Source: Pyrinomonadaceae bacterium (GTDB taxonomy: Bacteria; Acidobacteriota; Blastocatellia; Pyrinomonadales; Pyrinomonadaceae). Taken from it: DNA of 64,000 nucleotides. This document shows, piece by piece, positions 1 through 8,206 of this stretch. Under the pieces are notes generated by a model. That model ran no database searches and was not told the DNA's origin. It worked only from the letters and a program-made list of their open reading frames with translations. Where the stretch lies: positions 1,666 to 65,665 of the forward strand of contig JBIOVO010000286.1 of the NCBI GenBank assembly GCA_044867735.1, written 5' to 3'. A program made the translations under genes and the position numbers. Each line of letters begins with the position of its first letter. Position 1 is the first letter of the stretch.

Positions 1-3000
1 TACGCGGGCAGCCGCTCGCCCAGGTACTGCCGCAAATCACTCTGCGATAGACCTGCGCCTTCTGCGGTCACTACATATCCAACCAACCGCTGATCCACTG
101 CCAGCACCGCCGCACTCGCCTTAATCCCCTCGTACCCATTAAGCACTTGCTCAACTTCTTCCAACTCGATCCGGTGCCCTCTTATCTTTACCTGCTGGTC
201 CAGCCGGCCCAGATATTCGAGTCGCCCGTCGGCGGCATAACGCACTTCATCTCCGGTGCGGTAAAGTCGTTCCCCGACTCGTCCACTAACGCCGTCCGGC
301 ACGAAACGCTCCGCCGTCAAATCCGGACGCTCGAGATAGCCTCGCGCCAGACCTGATCCGCCTAAATGCAACTCACCTCTTGCTCTCAACGGCACTAGCT
401 GTTGCTCCTGGCCCAACACGTACGCTCGCGTATTGCTGATTGGTTTTCCGATGGCCACCGCTTGTTGGGCCTCGTCGAACCGGCAGTTCCAGTAGGTCGC
501 ATCGATACTCGACTCCGTTGGCCCATACAAGTTGCACAACTCTGCGTTCAGGTGTTGGCGGAAAGCATCCTGGAGACTGCGCGGCAACACTTCTCCTCCG
601 CAGAAGACGAGCCTCAGATCGCGACAATCACCGACACCCGCAGTCTGCAAAAACACAGTAAGCATGGCCGGGACGAGTTGCAGGATAGTGATCTTCTCCC
701 GCGCAACTGTTTTCACCAGATAGTCAGCGTTGTGATGTTCCCAGGGTTGGGCCACGACGAGTTCGGCGCCCGACAACAGCGGAGCGAAGAACTCCCAGAC
801 AGAAGCGTCGAAGCTGAACGATGTTTTTAGGAGAACGCGATCGCTTGAAGAGAACCCAAAAGTCTCCTGCATCCACAGCATGTGATTGCAGATGGCGCGA
901 TGCGAAATCATCACGCCTTTGGGACGGCCAGTCGAGCCTGAGGTGTACATCACATAAGCGAGATGCTCAGACGCAACGTAGCAGTTCGGATCTGTTTCAG
1001 CTTGCTTTGCAATCTCATCCCAGTCTTCGTCGAGTCGCAGCAATGCGACCGGATGTTCCTGTAATGCGGGTGCGTTGTTTTGCCGGGTGAGCACCAACTC
1101 CAGTCCGGCATCATCGATCATGTAACGCAACCGCTCGACCGGGTAGGAAGGATCCAATGGCACATAAGCACCACCCGCCTTGAGGATGCCCAACAGACCC
1201 ACGACCATCTCGATTGATCGATCAAGACAGATACCTACTCTCGAGTCGGCTCCCACACCCAGGGCTCTAAGATGGCGGGCCAGTTGATTCGCACGCCGGT
1301 TGAGCTCCTCATAGGTGAGTCGCTCTTTCCCGAAGGCAAGCGCGTACGCGTCAGGAGTTCGCGCCACTTGCGCTGCGAACAAAGAGTGGAGAGTTAGCTC
1401 GGCCGGGTAAGCCGCGGCTGTGTCATTGAACATGAACAGCAGTTGTTGCCGTTCATTCTCGTTGAGCATCGGTAGCGCCGAGAGTTCACGATCAGGATCG
1501 GACACAATGCCTTCAACCAGATTGGTGAAGTGCTGGCTCATCCGGCCGATAGTCGCGGTGTCGAATAGCTCATGGTTGTATTCAAATGCGGCGCTGATTT
1601 CATGGTCCGTTTCGGCCATGATCAGTGTGAGATCGAACGGAGTTATTCTTTCTGCTAACTCAAAGCTCTCGAACTCGAGGTCTCCGGCCTTGACGCGCGC
1701 TCCTTGCTGGCCTACGGCGAGTAGCGACAAGTTCTTTTCCTCACGGAGATGGTTCCGCTGCAACACAAACGATGCCTGGTATAGAGGTGAGCGGCTCGGA
1801 TCGCGGGTCGGTTGCAAACGTTCGACGAGCATGGAAAACGGATAATCCTGATGGGCCATCGCACCCAGAACGCGCCGGCGCACCTGATCCAGAAACGCAG
1901 TGAAAGTGGGACGCCCAGAGAGGTCCGCGCGCAACAAGACCGGGTTGACGAAATAACCGATGAGTCCTGCTAACTGAGATCGATTACGCCCGCTCACCGG
2001 AGAACCAATCATTAGATCCTGATCTCCCGTGTAGCGATGAAGGAGCGTCAGGAAAACGGCGACGAGGGTCGTGTAGAGCGTTGTATTGTTCTGCCGGGAA
2101 AACGCTCTCAGCTTCTCGGTTAGTTCGTTATCAAGCTTCCAGCCGAAAGAAAGTCCGCGATAAGTTTGTACAGGAGGGCGAGGTCGATCCGTTGGCAGAT
2201 TCAACACCGGCAACTGGCCCGACAACTGCTCACTCCAGTAGTCCCACTGCCTTTCACCTTCCGGTCCGGCAAGCATGTCAGACTGCCAGTGAACGAAGTC
2301 GGTGTATTCCAGGGCGAGTGGAGCAAGCGTTGTCGTCTGACCGGACTTCTCTGCCGCGTAAAGCTGTCCCAACTCGTCCAACAGCACGCCCAATGACCAG
2401 AAATCAAAAATGATGTGATGGATGGTCAGCAGGATGATGTGCTCGCCTGCTGCTCTTTTATAAAGGCCTACTCGGAACAGTGGTCCACGCTCGAGATCGA
2501 ACGGACGCCGAGCTTCAACGGCAAGACGCTGTCTCAGCCTGAGTTCGTCCCACTCGCTGGTGTTGGCCTGAGTGAACCGAACCTCCATCGACTCGTGTAC
2601 CAACTGGCTGGGTTTGTTATCGACGGTGGTGAACGTCGTGCGCAATGCTGGATGGCGATTCACAAGAGCTTGAAATGCTTTTTTCAGGAGAGCGGGGTCG
2701 AACTTGGATCGGACGCGCACGGCCGCTGCGATGTTGTAGGCACTGCTCTCGGGATTCACTTGCTGGAGGAACCAGAGGCCGGCCTGTCCTTTTGAGAGCG
2801 GATGTTGATTGATTGCCGGACGCGGATACAGTTGGTCCTGCGCTGACGGTGCTTGGGCTTCAAGTTGCCCGGCCAGTTCGGCTACAGAGATTTCACCCAA
2901 CAGAGTCTCTGGTGAGATGACGAACCCCAGAGTGGATTCGATGCGGTGGGTCAGCTCGATCGTTAGTAGCGAATCCAATCCATAAGAAATGATCGGCTGG

Positions 3001-4853
3001 TTGAGATCGATCTCACGCGGATCGATCTTCAGGATCGTGGCTAACTCCAAGACGAGCCGGGTTTCCAGTGGGGTTGAGTCGCTAATAGATTGCTTACTGT
3101 GCGGCTGGATCTGGCCCAGACCTGATTCACGCCATTCGAATACAACCGGAAGCGTGTCTGCCAGGAATAGCTCGCGACAGGTACGACGCTGAATCTTCCC
3201 GCTCGAAGTCTTTGGCAAGCGGCGCTTGCCCGTAAACGCGATCGCATACACCGGTATCTCGTGTTTGCTCAGCACGGCCGTGCGAATCGCTTTCGCTAAC
3301 GCCTCATGGTCGTCAACTTTTCGGTTAAGTTCCTGGACAACAACCAAACGTTCTTCGCCGGCTACCTCTACTGAGAATGCCGCGCAGCCATCGGTTTCCC
3401 AGGCGCCGGAACATTGTCGGACCGTGTCCTCTATGTCCTGTGGATAGTGATTGCGGCCGCGGACGATGATCAGATCCTTGATTCGTCCGGTGAGGAACAG
3501 TTCACCTTCACTGACAAAACCCAGGTCGCCGGTACGCAAAAATGATTCTTGATAACCGGAGAGTTGCGCCTGAAATGTCTCACGAGTCTTTTCAGGTTGG
3601 TTCCAATAACCGTCGGAAACACTCTCGCCCGCCACCCAGATCTCGCCGATGCAATCAGACGGACAAACTCTCAGGTCGTCAGGATTAACGATAACGACCG
3701 TCTGGTCGTTCGAGATCCGACCACAGCTCATGACGGTCTGCGCGTCATCGATACCATCTGCGTCTGCCGGAAGCGCTCGATTTTGTTTCAGCCCCTCTTT
3801 ACTGATTACTGTCGTATGGGCGCTGGAGCTACAGGAAACGAGCAACGTGGCTTCCGCTAATCCATAGCAGGGATGAAACGCCCCGCGGTCAAAGCCACTG
3901 GAAGCGAACACGTCAGCGAATCGTTCCAGTGTTTCAGGGCGCACGGGTTCGGCGCCGTTGAAGGCAGTGGTCCAACTGGATAGATCCAGCGTGGCTCGCT
4001 CATCCTCAGTGATTTTGCGAGCACAGAGATCGTAAGCGAAGTTTGGTCCACCACTGGTCGTCGCTCGATAGTCAGAGATGGCCTTCAGCCAGCGGTAAGG
4101 CTTCTGAAGAAAGCTTACCGGCGACATGAGAATGCAGGAGGCCCCAACATAGAGCGGTTGCAGCACATTACCGATCAGACCCATGTCGTGATAGAGGGGC
4201 AACCAGCCCAGAATGACAGAGCGTTCCGTCTGTCTAAATGCAGCCTGGATGAGTCGTTCGTTGGAAAGAAGATTTCCATGACTCACCATGACGCCGCGTG
4301 GAGTGCCGGTGGAGCCGGACGTGTACTGAAGAAACGCCATAGTGCGGCTATCTAAAACCGGCTCTTGCCATTCGTGGGCCAATTCAGGATCGATACTTTC
4401 AGTGGTTATGCATTGAAGGTTAGCGGGAGCTGGACTGCCGGCGGGGGTCGTGAGCCTGCGTTGAATTCCGTTCGTAGTTAAAGCGATGTCCGCTTGTGCA
4501 TCTCCGATGATCGCGTTCAGACGCAACCAGGAGTGGTTTTGGCGGGGAGGGTAGGCGGGAACAGCCGCAGCTCCTGCATAAAGACAACCAAAGAAAGCAG
4601 CGATGTATTCAAGCGACGGTGGATACAGCAATAGCACTCGTGATCCACCGGCCTGGTTTTTCTGTAAAAGGCTCGCGATACATCGAGCCTGCCGATCCAA
4701 TTCTCCAAAAGTGATAGACACCTTATTCGCGAGATCATCCGACAGGAAGGTATAGGCCACCTGCTCGGGTTGCTCTAATGCCCTCCAACGAAGGAGTTGG
4801 ACCAGAGTTGTAGCTTCCTGAATTTGCAAACGAGTGTCTTCGGTACTGATCAT
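1..4853 (-). CDS. NRPS lipo-initiation protein, 3' end cut by the window edge: fatty acyl-AMP ligase (FAAL) - ACP - starter-type C - A (Gln-like code DAWQFGLIDK) ...
   Basis: This ORF is absent from the ORF track only because no stop codon lies inside the window. The reverse complement of 4851-4853 is ATG, and that frame stays open to position 1. My own translation starts MISTEDTRLQIQEATTLVQLLRWRALEQPEQVAYTFLSDD...SRVLLLYPPSLEYIAAFFGCLYAGAAAVPAYPP, a FAAL-type N-terminus. Further motifs: SSGKIQRR near 3190; carrier motif YGLDSLLTIEL at about 2955-2985; condensation motif HHIIFDFWS at about 2395-2420. A-domain motifs follow: LAYVMYTSGSTGRPKG (about 915-965), FDASVWE, LYGPTESSIDAT, YRTGDEVRY and KIRGHRIELEEVE (about 150-195). 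The short plus-strand ORFs listed for 147-4355 are antisense to it. Confidence 0.85.
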   Translation of the reverse strand, partial: MISTEDTRLQIQEATTLVQLLRWRALEQPEQVAYTFLSDDLANKVSITFGELDRQARCIASLLQKNQAGGSRVLLLYPPSLEYIAAFFGCLYAGAAAVPAYPPRQNHSWLRLNAIIGDAQADIALTTNGIQRRLTTPAGSPAPANLQCITTESIDPELAHEWQEPVLDSRTMAFLQYTSGSTGTPRGVMVSHGNLLSNERLIQAAFRQTERSVILGWLPLYHDMGLIGNVLQPLYVGASCILMSPVSFLQKPYRWLKAISDYRATTSGGPNFAYDLCARKITEDERATLDLSSWTTAFNGAEPVRPETLERFADVFASSGFDRGAFHPCYGLAEATLLVSCSSSAHTTVISKEGLKQNRALPADADGIDDAQTVMSCGRISNDQTVVIVNPDDLRVCPSDCIGEIWVAGESVSDGYWNQPEKTRETFQAQLSGYQESFLRTGDLGFVSEGELFLTGRIKDLIIVRGRNHYPQDIEDTVRQCSGAWETDGCAAFSVEVAGEERLVVVQELNRKVDDHEALAKAIRTAVLSKHEIPVYAIAFTGKRRLPKTSSGKIQRRTCRELFLADTLPVVFEWRESGLGQIQPHSKQSISDSTPLETRLVLELATILKIDPREIDLNQPIISYGLDSLLTIELTHRIESTLGFVISPETLLGEISVAELAGQLEAQAPSAQDQLYPRPAINQHPLSKGQAGLWFLQQVNPESSAYNIAAAVRVRSKFDPALLKKAFQALVNRHPALRTTFTTVDNKPSQLVHESMEVRFTQANTSEWDELRLRQRLAVEARRPFDLERGPLFRVGLYKRAAGEHIILLTIHHIIFDFWSLGVLLDELGQLYAAEKSGQTTTLAPLALEYTDFVHWQSDMLAGPEGERQWDYWSEQLSGQLPVLNLPTDRPRPPVQTYRGLSFGWKLDNELTEKLRAFSRQNNTTLYTTLVAVFLTLLHRYTGDQDLMIGSPVSGRNRSQLAGLIGYFVNPVLLRADLSGRPTFTAFLDQVRRRVLGAMAHQDYPFSMLVERLQPTRDPSRSPLYQASFVLQRNHLREEKNLSLLAVGQQGARVKAGDLEFESFELAERITPFDLTLIMAETDHEISAAFEYNHELFDTATIGRMSQHFTNLVEGIVSDPDRELSALPMLNENERQQLLFMFNDTAAAYPAELTLHSLFAAQVARTPDAYALAFGKERLTYEELNRRANQLARHLRALGVGADSRVGICLDRSIEMVVGLLGILKAGGAYVPLDPSYPVERLRYMIDDAGLELVLTRQNNAPALQEHPVALLRLDEDWDEIAKQAETDPNCYVASEHLAYVMYTSGSTGRPKGVMISHRAICNHMLWMQETFGFSSSDRVLLKTSFSFDASVWEFFAPLLSGAELVVAQPWEHHNADYLVKTVAREKITILQLVPAMLTVFLQTAGVGDCRDLRLVFCGGEVLPRSLQDAFRQHLNAELCNLYGPTESSIDATYWNCRFDEAQQAVAIGKPISNTRAYVLGQEQQLVPLRARGELHLGGSGLARGYLERPDLTAERFVPDGVSGRVGERLYRTGDEVRYAADGRLEYLGRLDQQVKIRGHRIELEEVEQVLNGYEGIKASAAVLAVDQRLVGYVVTAEGAGLSQSDLRQYLGERLPA

Positions 4854-4890
4854 GGGTTTGTAATCGTCAAAAGAAGTTCACTGTCCAGCG

Positions 4891-5147
4891 GCTTTGCACA
4901 AGAAGTCGGGTTTAGCCTGCGAAGCAGGCGTCTGCGTAAAGCCTGGGGCGTCAGCCCCAGGAAACAAGATTAAATAGAGATTGGAGCCCGTGCAGCGGGT
5001 GAAAGCTGCACAAATCGTTGCGCTCTCGCCCGTTGTCACGGGCTGTTGCGTTCTGGTTGAACACGATCCTGGGGCTCACGCCCCAGGCTTCATGCTTTCG
5101 CCTGCTACGCAGGCTAAAAGGACTATCGACGACTTTTTGTGCAAGAC
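4891..5147. mobile_element. MITE-like non-coding element with terminal inverted repeats and a candidate 9-bp target-site duplication
   Basis: Outer inverted repeats are gctttgcacaagaagtcg (4891-4908) and cgactttttgtgcaagac (5130-5147). A long inner pair is tttagcctgcgaagcaggcgtctgcgtaaagcctggggcgtcagccccagg (4911-4961) and cctggggctcacgccccaggcttcatgctttcgcctgctacgcaggctaaa (5068-5118). Each arm contains GC hairpins (CCTGGGGC-n4-GCCCCAGG and GCCTGC-n4-GCAGGC). The direct repeat CTGTCCAGC occurs at 4881-4889 and again at 5148-5156, immediately outside the repeats. The overlapping 89-aa and 107-aa track ORFs look like translated repeat sequence. Confidence 0.6.
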
Positions 5148-5246
5148 CTGTCCAGCCGATCTTCCAGCGAAGCGAAGCGGCAATAATGCGCGACTCTTGA
5201 ATCTCGAGCGTGAGACTCAAGTCATCACAAACTCATTCGTGTTTAC

Positions 5247-5573
5247 TTATGAATTTTGGGAGGATGAACCTGTCTCAGTGGACTGCTGTTCGGGGACGCC
5301 TTGAAAGGCCAGAGTGGTGCGGCAAAACTCTATCCACTCGGAAGTGACGTCACTGAAAATCACGTTCTCGCCAATGAAGATACCGTCGGTCACGGTGAAG
5401 TTCTCCTGCAAGTAGAGATAGTCTGTCTCTTTCAACTCTCTCTGAACTTCCTGAGGCTCGCCGTCGATTTCTTTCCAAACCTTTCTGGCGTTGTGAGCGG
5501 CTTCTTTCCATCCGGGAAACTGCCGGAAAAGTTGAAGCGGGTAAGCCTTACAAATTTTTCCAAGCGTTGACAT
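5247..5573 (-). CDS. hypothetical small protein (108 aa), no family recognised
   Basis: The ATG at 5573 is preceded by GGAGG 7 nt upstream (minus strand ctcttGGAGGattaacgATG). The 154-aa version in the track (start 5711) runs into the hairpin-repeat array and is probably over-extended. The sequence looks like a globular protein (KAYPLQLFRQFPGWKEAAHNARKVWKEIDG...TSEWIEFCRTTLAFQ). It ends in a Ser/Thr-rich tail, PEQQSTETGSSSQNS. Confidence 0.5.
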   Translation of the reverse strand: MSTLGKICKAYPLQLFRQFPGWKEAAHNARKVWKEIDGEPQEVQRELKETDYLYLQENFTVTDGIFIGENVIFSDVTSEWIEFCRTTLAFQGVPEQQSTETGSSSQNS

Positions 5574-5667
5574 CGTTAATCCTCCAAGAGAGTTACTAGA
5601 GTGGTCGTTCATTGAGTTTGAACGACTTCGTTCGAAGACTGAGATCATGACTGGTGACTGCCGCGAA

Positions 5668-5972
5668 GTGCTCCGGAGGAGCAAGAGCCGAGGTGCTCCG
5701 GAGGAGCACAATGTTTATAGCGTTAATGCATTAAGGGTCTGCGCGCTCCAGCGGAGCGCAATGTACTTTGGCACCCACATGCCGCTCCTACGGAGCGGGA
5801 TACATCCATGGATTTGGGGGCTATAAACATGTTGCTCCTTCGGAGCAAGACCCCGAGGTGCTCCGGAGGAGCACGATGTTTATAGCGTTAATGCATTAAG
5901 GGTCTGCGCGCTCCAGCGGAGCGCAATGTACTTTGGGCACTTGGGGGCTAAGTTGTTGCTCCTCCGGAGCAA
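5668..5972. repeat. Array of GCTCC-NNN-GGAGC hairpin units (REP/MITE-like): one solo hairpin, one complete ~156-bp element (5693-5848) and one truncated copy (5858-5972)
   Basis: The complete element is bounded by gtgctccggaggagcacaatgtttatagc (5693-5721) and ggctataaacatgttgctccttcggagcaa (5820-5848), which are inverted. Inside it are the hairpins GCGCTCC-agc-GGAGCGC followed by aatgta, and CCGCTCC-tac-GGAGCGG. The segment 5685-5775 is repeated almost exactly at 5850-5940, with one a/g difference in the TIR. Confidence 0.75.
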
Positions 5973-6015
5973 AGGCCTCGGACAAAGTCGGTGACCGACT
6001 TCTCTTATCGACGGC

Positions 6016-7344
6016 TCACGTCGAGCTCGTTACGGTTGCTCCTGATTGCCGAACCAGCGGCTGCAACTGTCCGTAGCTCATCGTTCGCCAGAGCCACTCC
6101 ACCGGGCCCATCTTGAATCGCTTCAACCACAAGGTACTCAGCATCACTTGCGCGGTATAGATCACGAGAGCGATCAGTACGCACGTTGCCGGACCGGTAC
6201 GCCCGATCAGCCCGCCACCATAGAAGATCACCAAACACAGCACCGTCTGCATGAGGTAATTGGTAAGCGCCATCCGTCCCAGCGGAGCGAGCAACGACAG
6301 TCGTCGCTGCCAGGCCGAACGCTGGTACAACAATGTCAGTGTCGCCACGTAAAATACGCAGAGCGCGAGCGAACTGATCTCCGTCGGTAGTATTAAGAGG
6401 ATCCGCCACACTGAAGTGGGAGCGATGATGTCGGCACGCAACAGCTCTGTCCCGACAACAAAGAGCCCGCTGCTCACCAACCCGATCGGAAGACTCCACC
6501 AGAAAAGCTTCCGAAAGAACGCGAGGTTCGCGGCTACGTCATGTAACAGCCGTCTTCGCCCGGCATAAAAGCCCAGCAAGAACCGGCCTGCCGTCAAGGG
6601 GAAAATGTATAGCAGGCCCACCAAGCCGGAGAAATAGATCTTGGCATTCCATTGCAGGATGTCAGCGTAACCACCATTGGCGAACGCTGCTAATACCTGA
6701 TCGGATAATTGCCTGCGCGTTTCACGTAATATCGTGTCACCTGACCCAGGTCCCAACATCGAGGAGGCTAAAGCCTGAAGCCCTAGTGCCATGATCATCA
6801 AAAGAATCGCGACGAAGCTCACGCCTACAGCGCTCAAAAGCAACGTTCGTCCCTTGCTGCGGACAAAAGGAATCAGGAACAGACCGCACAACGCATACAC
6901 GTGCAGGACGTCGCCGTGCCACAACAACAGCAGGTGAACTACTCCGATAAAAAACAGGATGAGCTGTCGTCGCGAATAGAAGACCGCGATGTTGCCGCCC
7001 TTTTCTTCGGCCCGCATTACTTGAACTGCGAAGCCGATTCCAAAGAGCAGCGAGAAGAGCAGGATGAACTTCTTGTCGATGAAAAAACGAATGAAGTAAA
7101 AGGCCACTGAGTCGATCGGCGACGCCGTTAACTCAAAGCCGCGTTCCGGGGAAACAAAAGTAAAACCACTGAATGACCAAAAGATGTTGGCGAGCAGGAC
7201 GCCAAAGAGCGCAAAGCCTCGCAGCACATCGAGCAATGGTATGCGGTCGGATGAAGCGATCGGATCGAACGGTATAGCGCGTTGGAGATCAAGGTCTTTC
7301 GATATGGCCGGTTGGCCGAAGAGGTTGTTAACAGCTTGTGACAT
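6016..7344 (-). CDS. DUF418 / YeiB-family polytopic membrane protein
   Basis: This 442-aa protein shows the family hallmarks LLDVLRGFALFGVLLANI, LLLWHGDVLHVYALCG, GRMALTNYLMQTVLC and GPVEWLWRTMSYG, and has many hydrophobic segments. An AAGGAG sequence lies just upstream of the ATG at 7344. Confidence 0.85.
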   Translation of the reverse strand: MSQAVNNLFGQPAISKDLDLQRAIPFDPIASSDRIPLLDVLRGFALFGVLLANIFWSFSGFTFVSPERGFELTASPIDSVAFYFIRFFIDKKFILLFSLLFGIGFAVQVMRAEEKGGNIAVFYSRRQLILFFIGVVHLLLLWHGDVLHVYALCGLFLIPFVRSKGRTLLLSAVGVSFVAILLMIMALGLQALASSMLGPGSGDTILRETRRQLSDQVLAAFANGGYADILQWNAKIYFSGLVGLLYIFPLTAGRFLLGFYAGRRRLLHDVAANLAFFRKLFWWSLPIGLVSSGLFVVGTELLRADIIAPTSVWRILLILPTEISSLALCVFYVATLTLLYQRSAWQRRLSLLAPLGRMALTNYLMQTVLCLVIFYGGGLIGRTGPATCVLIALVIYTAQVMLSTLWLKRFKMGPVEWLWRTMSYGQLQPLVRQSGATVTSST

Positions 7345-7467
7345 GAGACTCCTTAGGTACGGTTCGTCCGCAACGAATGTTCGTCGTTGTGCGAGATTGT
7401 GTGGATTAACGAGGCCGGCCCACAGATGAGAGAAGTTTGAGCCGGTTAATTCTTAGAGTCGGTCTTG

Positions 7468-8184
7468 TTAGGTGATCCAGTTGTCAGCGACAACATCGGC
7501 ATTCGATTCAAGTTCCGGAGGCATCAGCAGGCTCTGAGCAATCTCGCCACTCTCAAGAAAGAGTTCAACGGCCGGGTAGCGAATGGATTCAACGGTGTGA
7601 TTGGTGTGATAGATAAGTCCGCCGCCCGCCGGCAGCCCGATACCGTTAACCACACCGTCGCAAAGCTGGAGCGATTGGCGCAGGTTTCGCCATGCGTTCT
7701 TCTCGTCGTGCGCGTCGACCACAAAGGGGACCAACTTAAAGGTCTCGAAGAGTCGATTCGTCGTCAGTTCGCCTGCCGGCCATCCGAGCCAGCCCAGTTG
7801 GACCGACCCGGCGGAGATACCAATCAGCACTGCGCCGTCCAGATATCTTTTGACCACCGCCTCGCGCACGCCGTTCTTCTTAAAAGCTTCCCAACCTTTC
7901 TGCACGTCTCCGCCTGCCAGGAGGATCAGATCCGCTTCATCGAGAAAGGATGCTTCACCTTTAGATAACTGCGAATTGATCATGCAGCAGTCGCGAACTC
8001 CGATGCCCTCCATCGCCCCTTGAAAGAGTGAGTAGAAAGCCGGGTCGTCGCCATTTGAGGCGCCGATATACGCAGCTTTAGGCTGACGCCCCTCGATCAG
8101 GTTTCGAACTGAATCGAGAAACAATCCGTCTTCGTCCTTCCAGAAAAGCAACTGGCTATCGGCAAAGAGGTAGATCGGTTTCAA
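7468..8184 (-). CDS. Peptidase family S51 (dipeptidase E / cyanophycinase-like) protein
   Basis: This 238-aa protein contains ADLILLAGGDVQKGWEAF...GAVLIGISAGSVQLG...LVPFVVDAHDE. That matches the PepE pattern IVGGGNTFxLL...YIGWSAGAN...INPHF, including the Ser nucleophile context. The start codon is TTG at 8184, 22 nt after the upstream stop. Confidence 0.7.
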   Translation of the reverse strand: MKPIYLFADSQLLFWKDEDGLFLDSVRNLIEGRQPKAAYIGASNGDDPAFYSLFQGAMEGIGVRDCCMINSQLSKGEASFLDEADLILLAGGDVQKGWEAFKKNGVREAVVKRYLDGAVLIGISAGSVQLGWLGWPAGELTTNRLFETFKLVPFVVDAHDEKNAWRNLRQSLQLCDGVVNGIGLPAGGGLIYHTNHTVESIRYPAVELFLESGEIAQSLLMPPELESNADVVADNWIT

Positions 8185-8206
8185 GGTAGTACTTCCCTTC
8201 GGTGTT

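Noticed and set aside
147-4355. Short ORFs on both strands listed by the track in the first 4.8 kb.
   Set aside because: They overlap the 1617-codon minus-strand FAAL-NRPS frame, which carries a continuous series of FAAL, ACP, C and A motifs. None shows a motif of its own.
5668-5972. Possible CRISPR array, also considered for the tandem repeat at 11121-11256.
   Set aside because: The repeats are heterogeneous palindromic hairpins without regularly sized unique spacers. The 68-bp repeat has only two abutting units. No cas genes are present. The same element recurs inverted at 15479-15638, which is REP/MITE behaviour.
6005-6499. A 164-aa minus-strand ORF overlapping the DUF418 gene in another frame.
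   Set aside because: It is Arg/Ala-rich and has no motif. The overlapping frame matches the YeiB/DUF418 family along its whole length.
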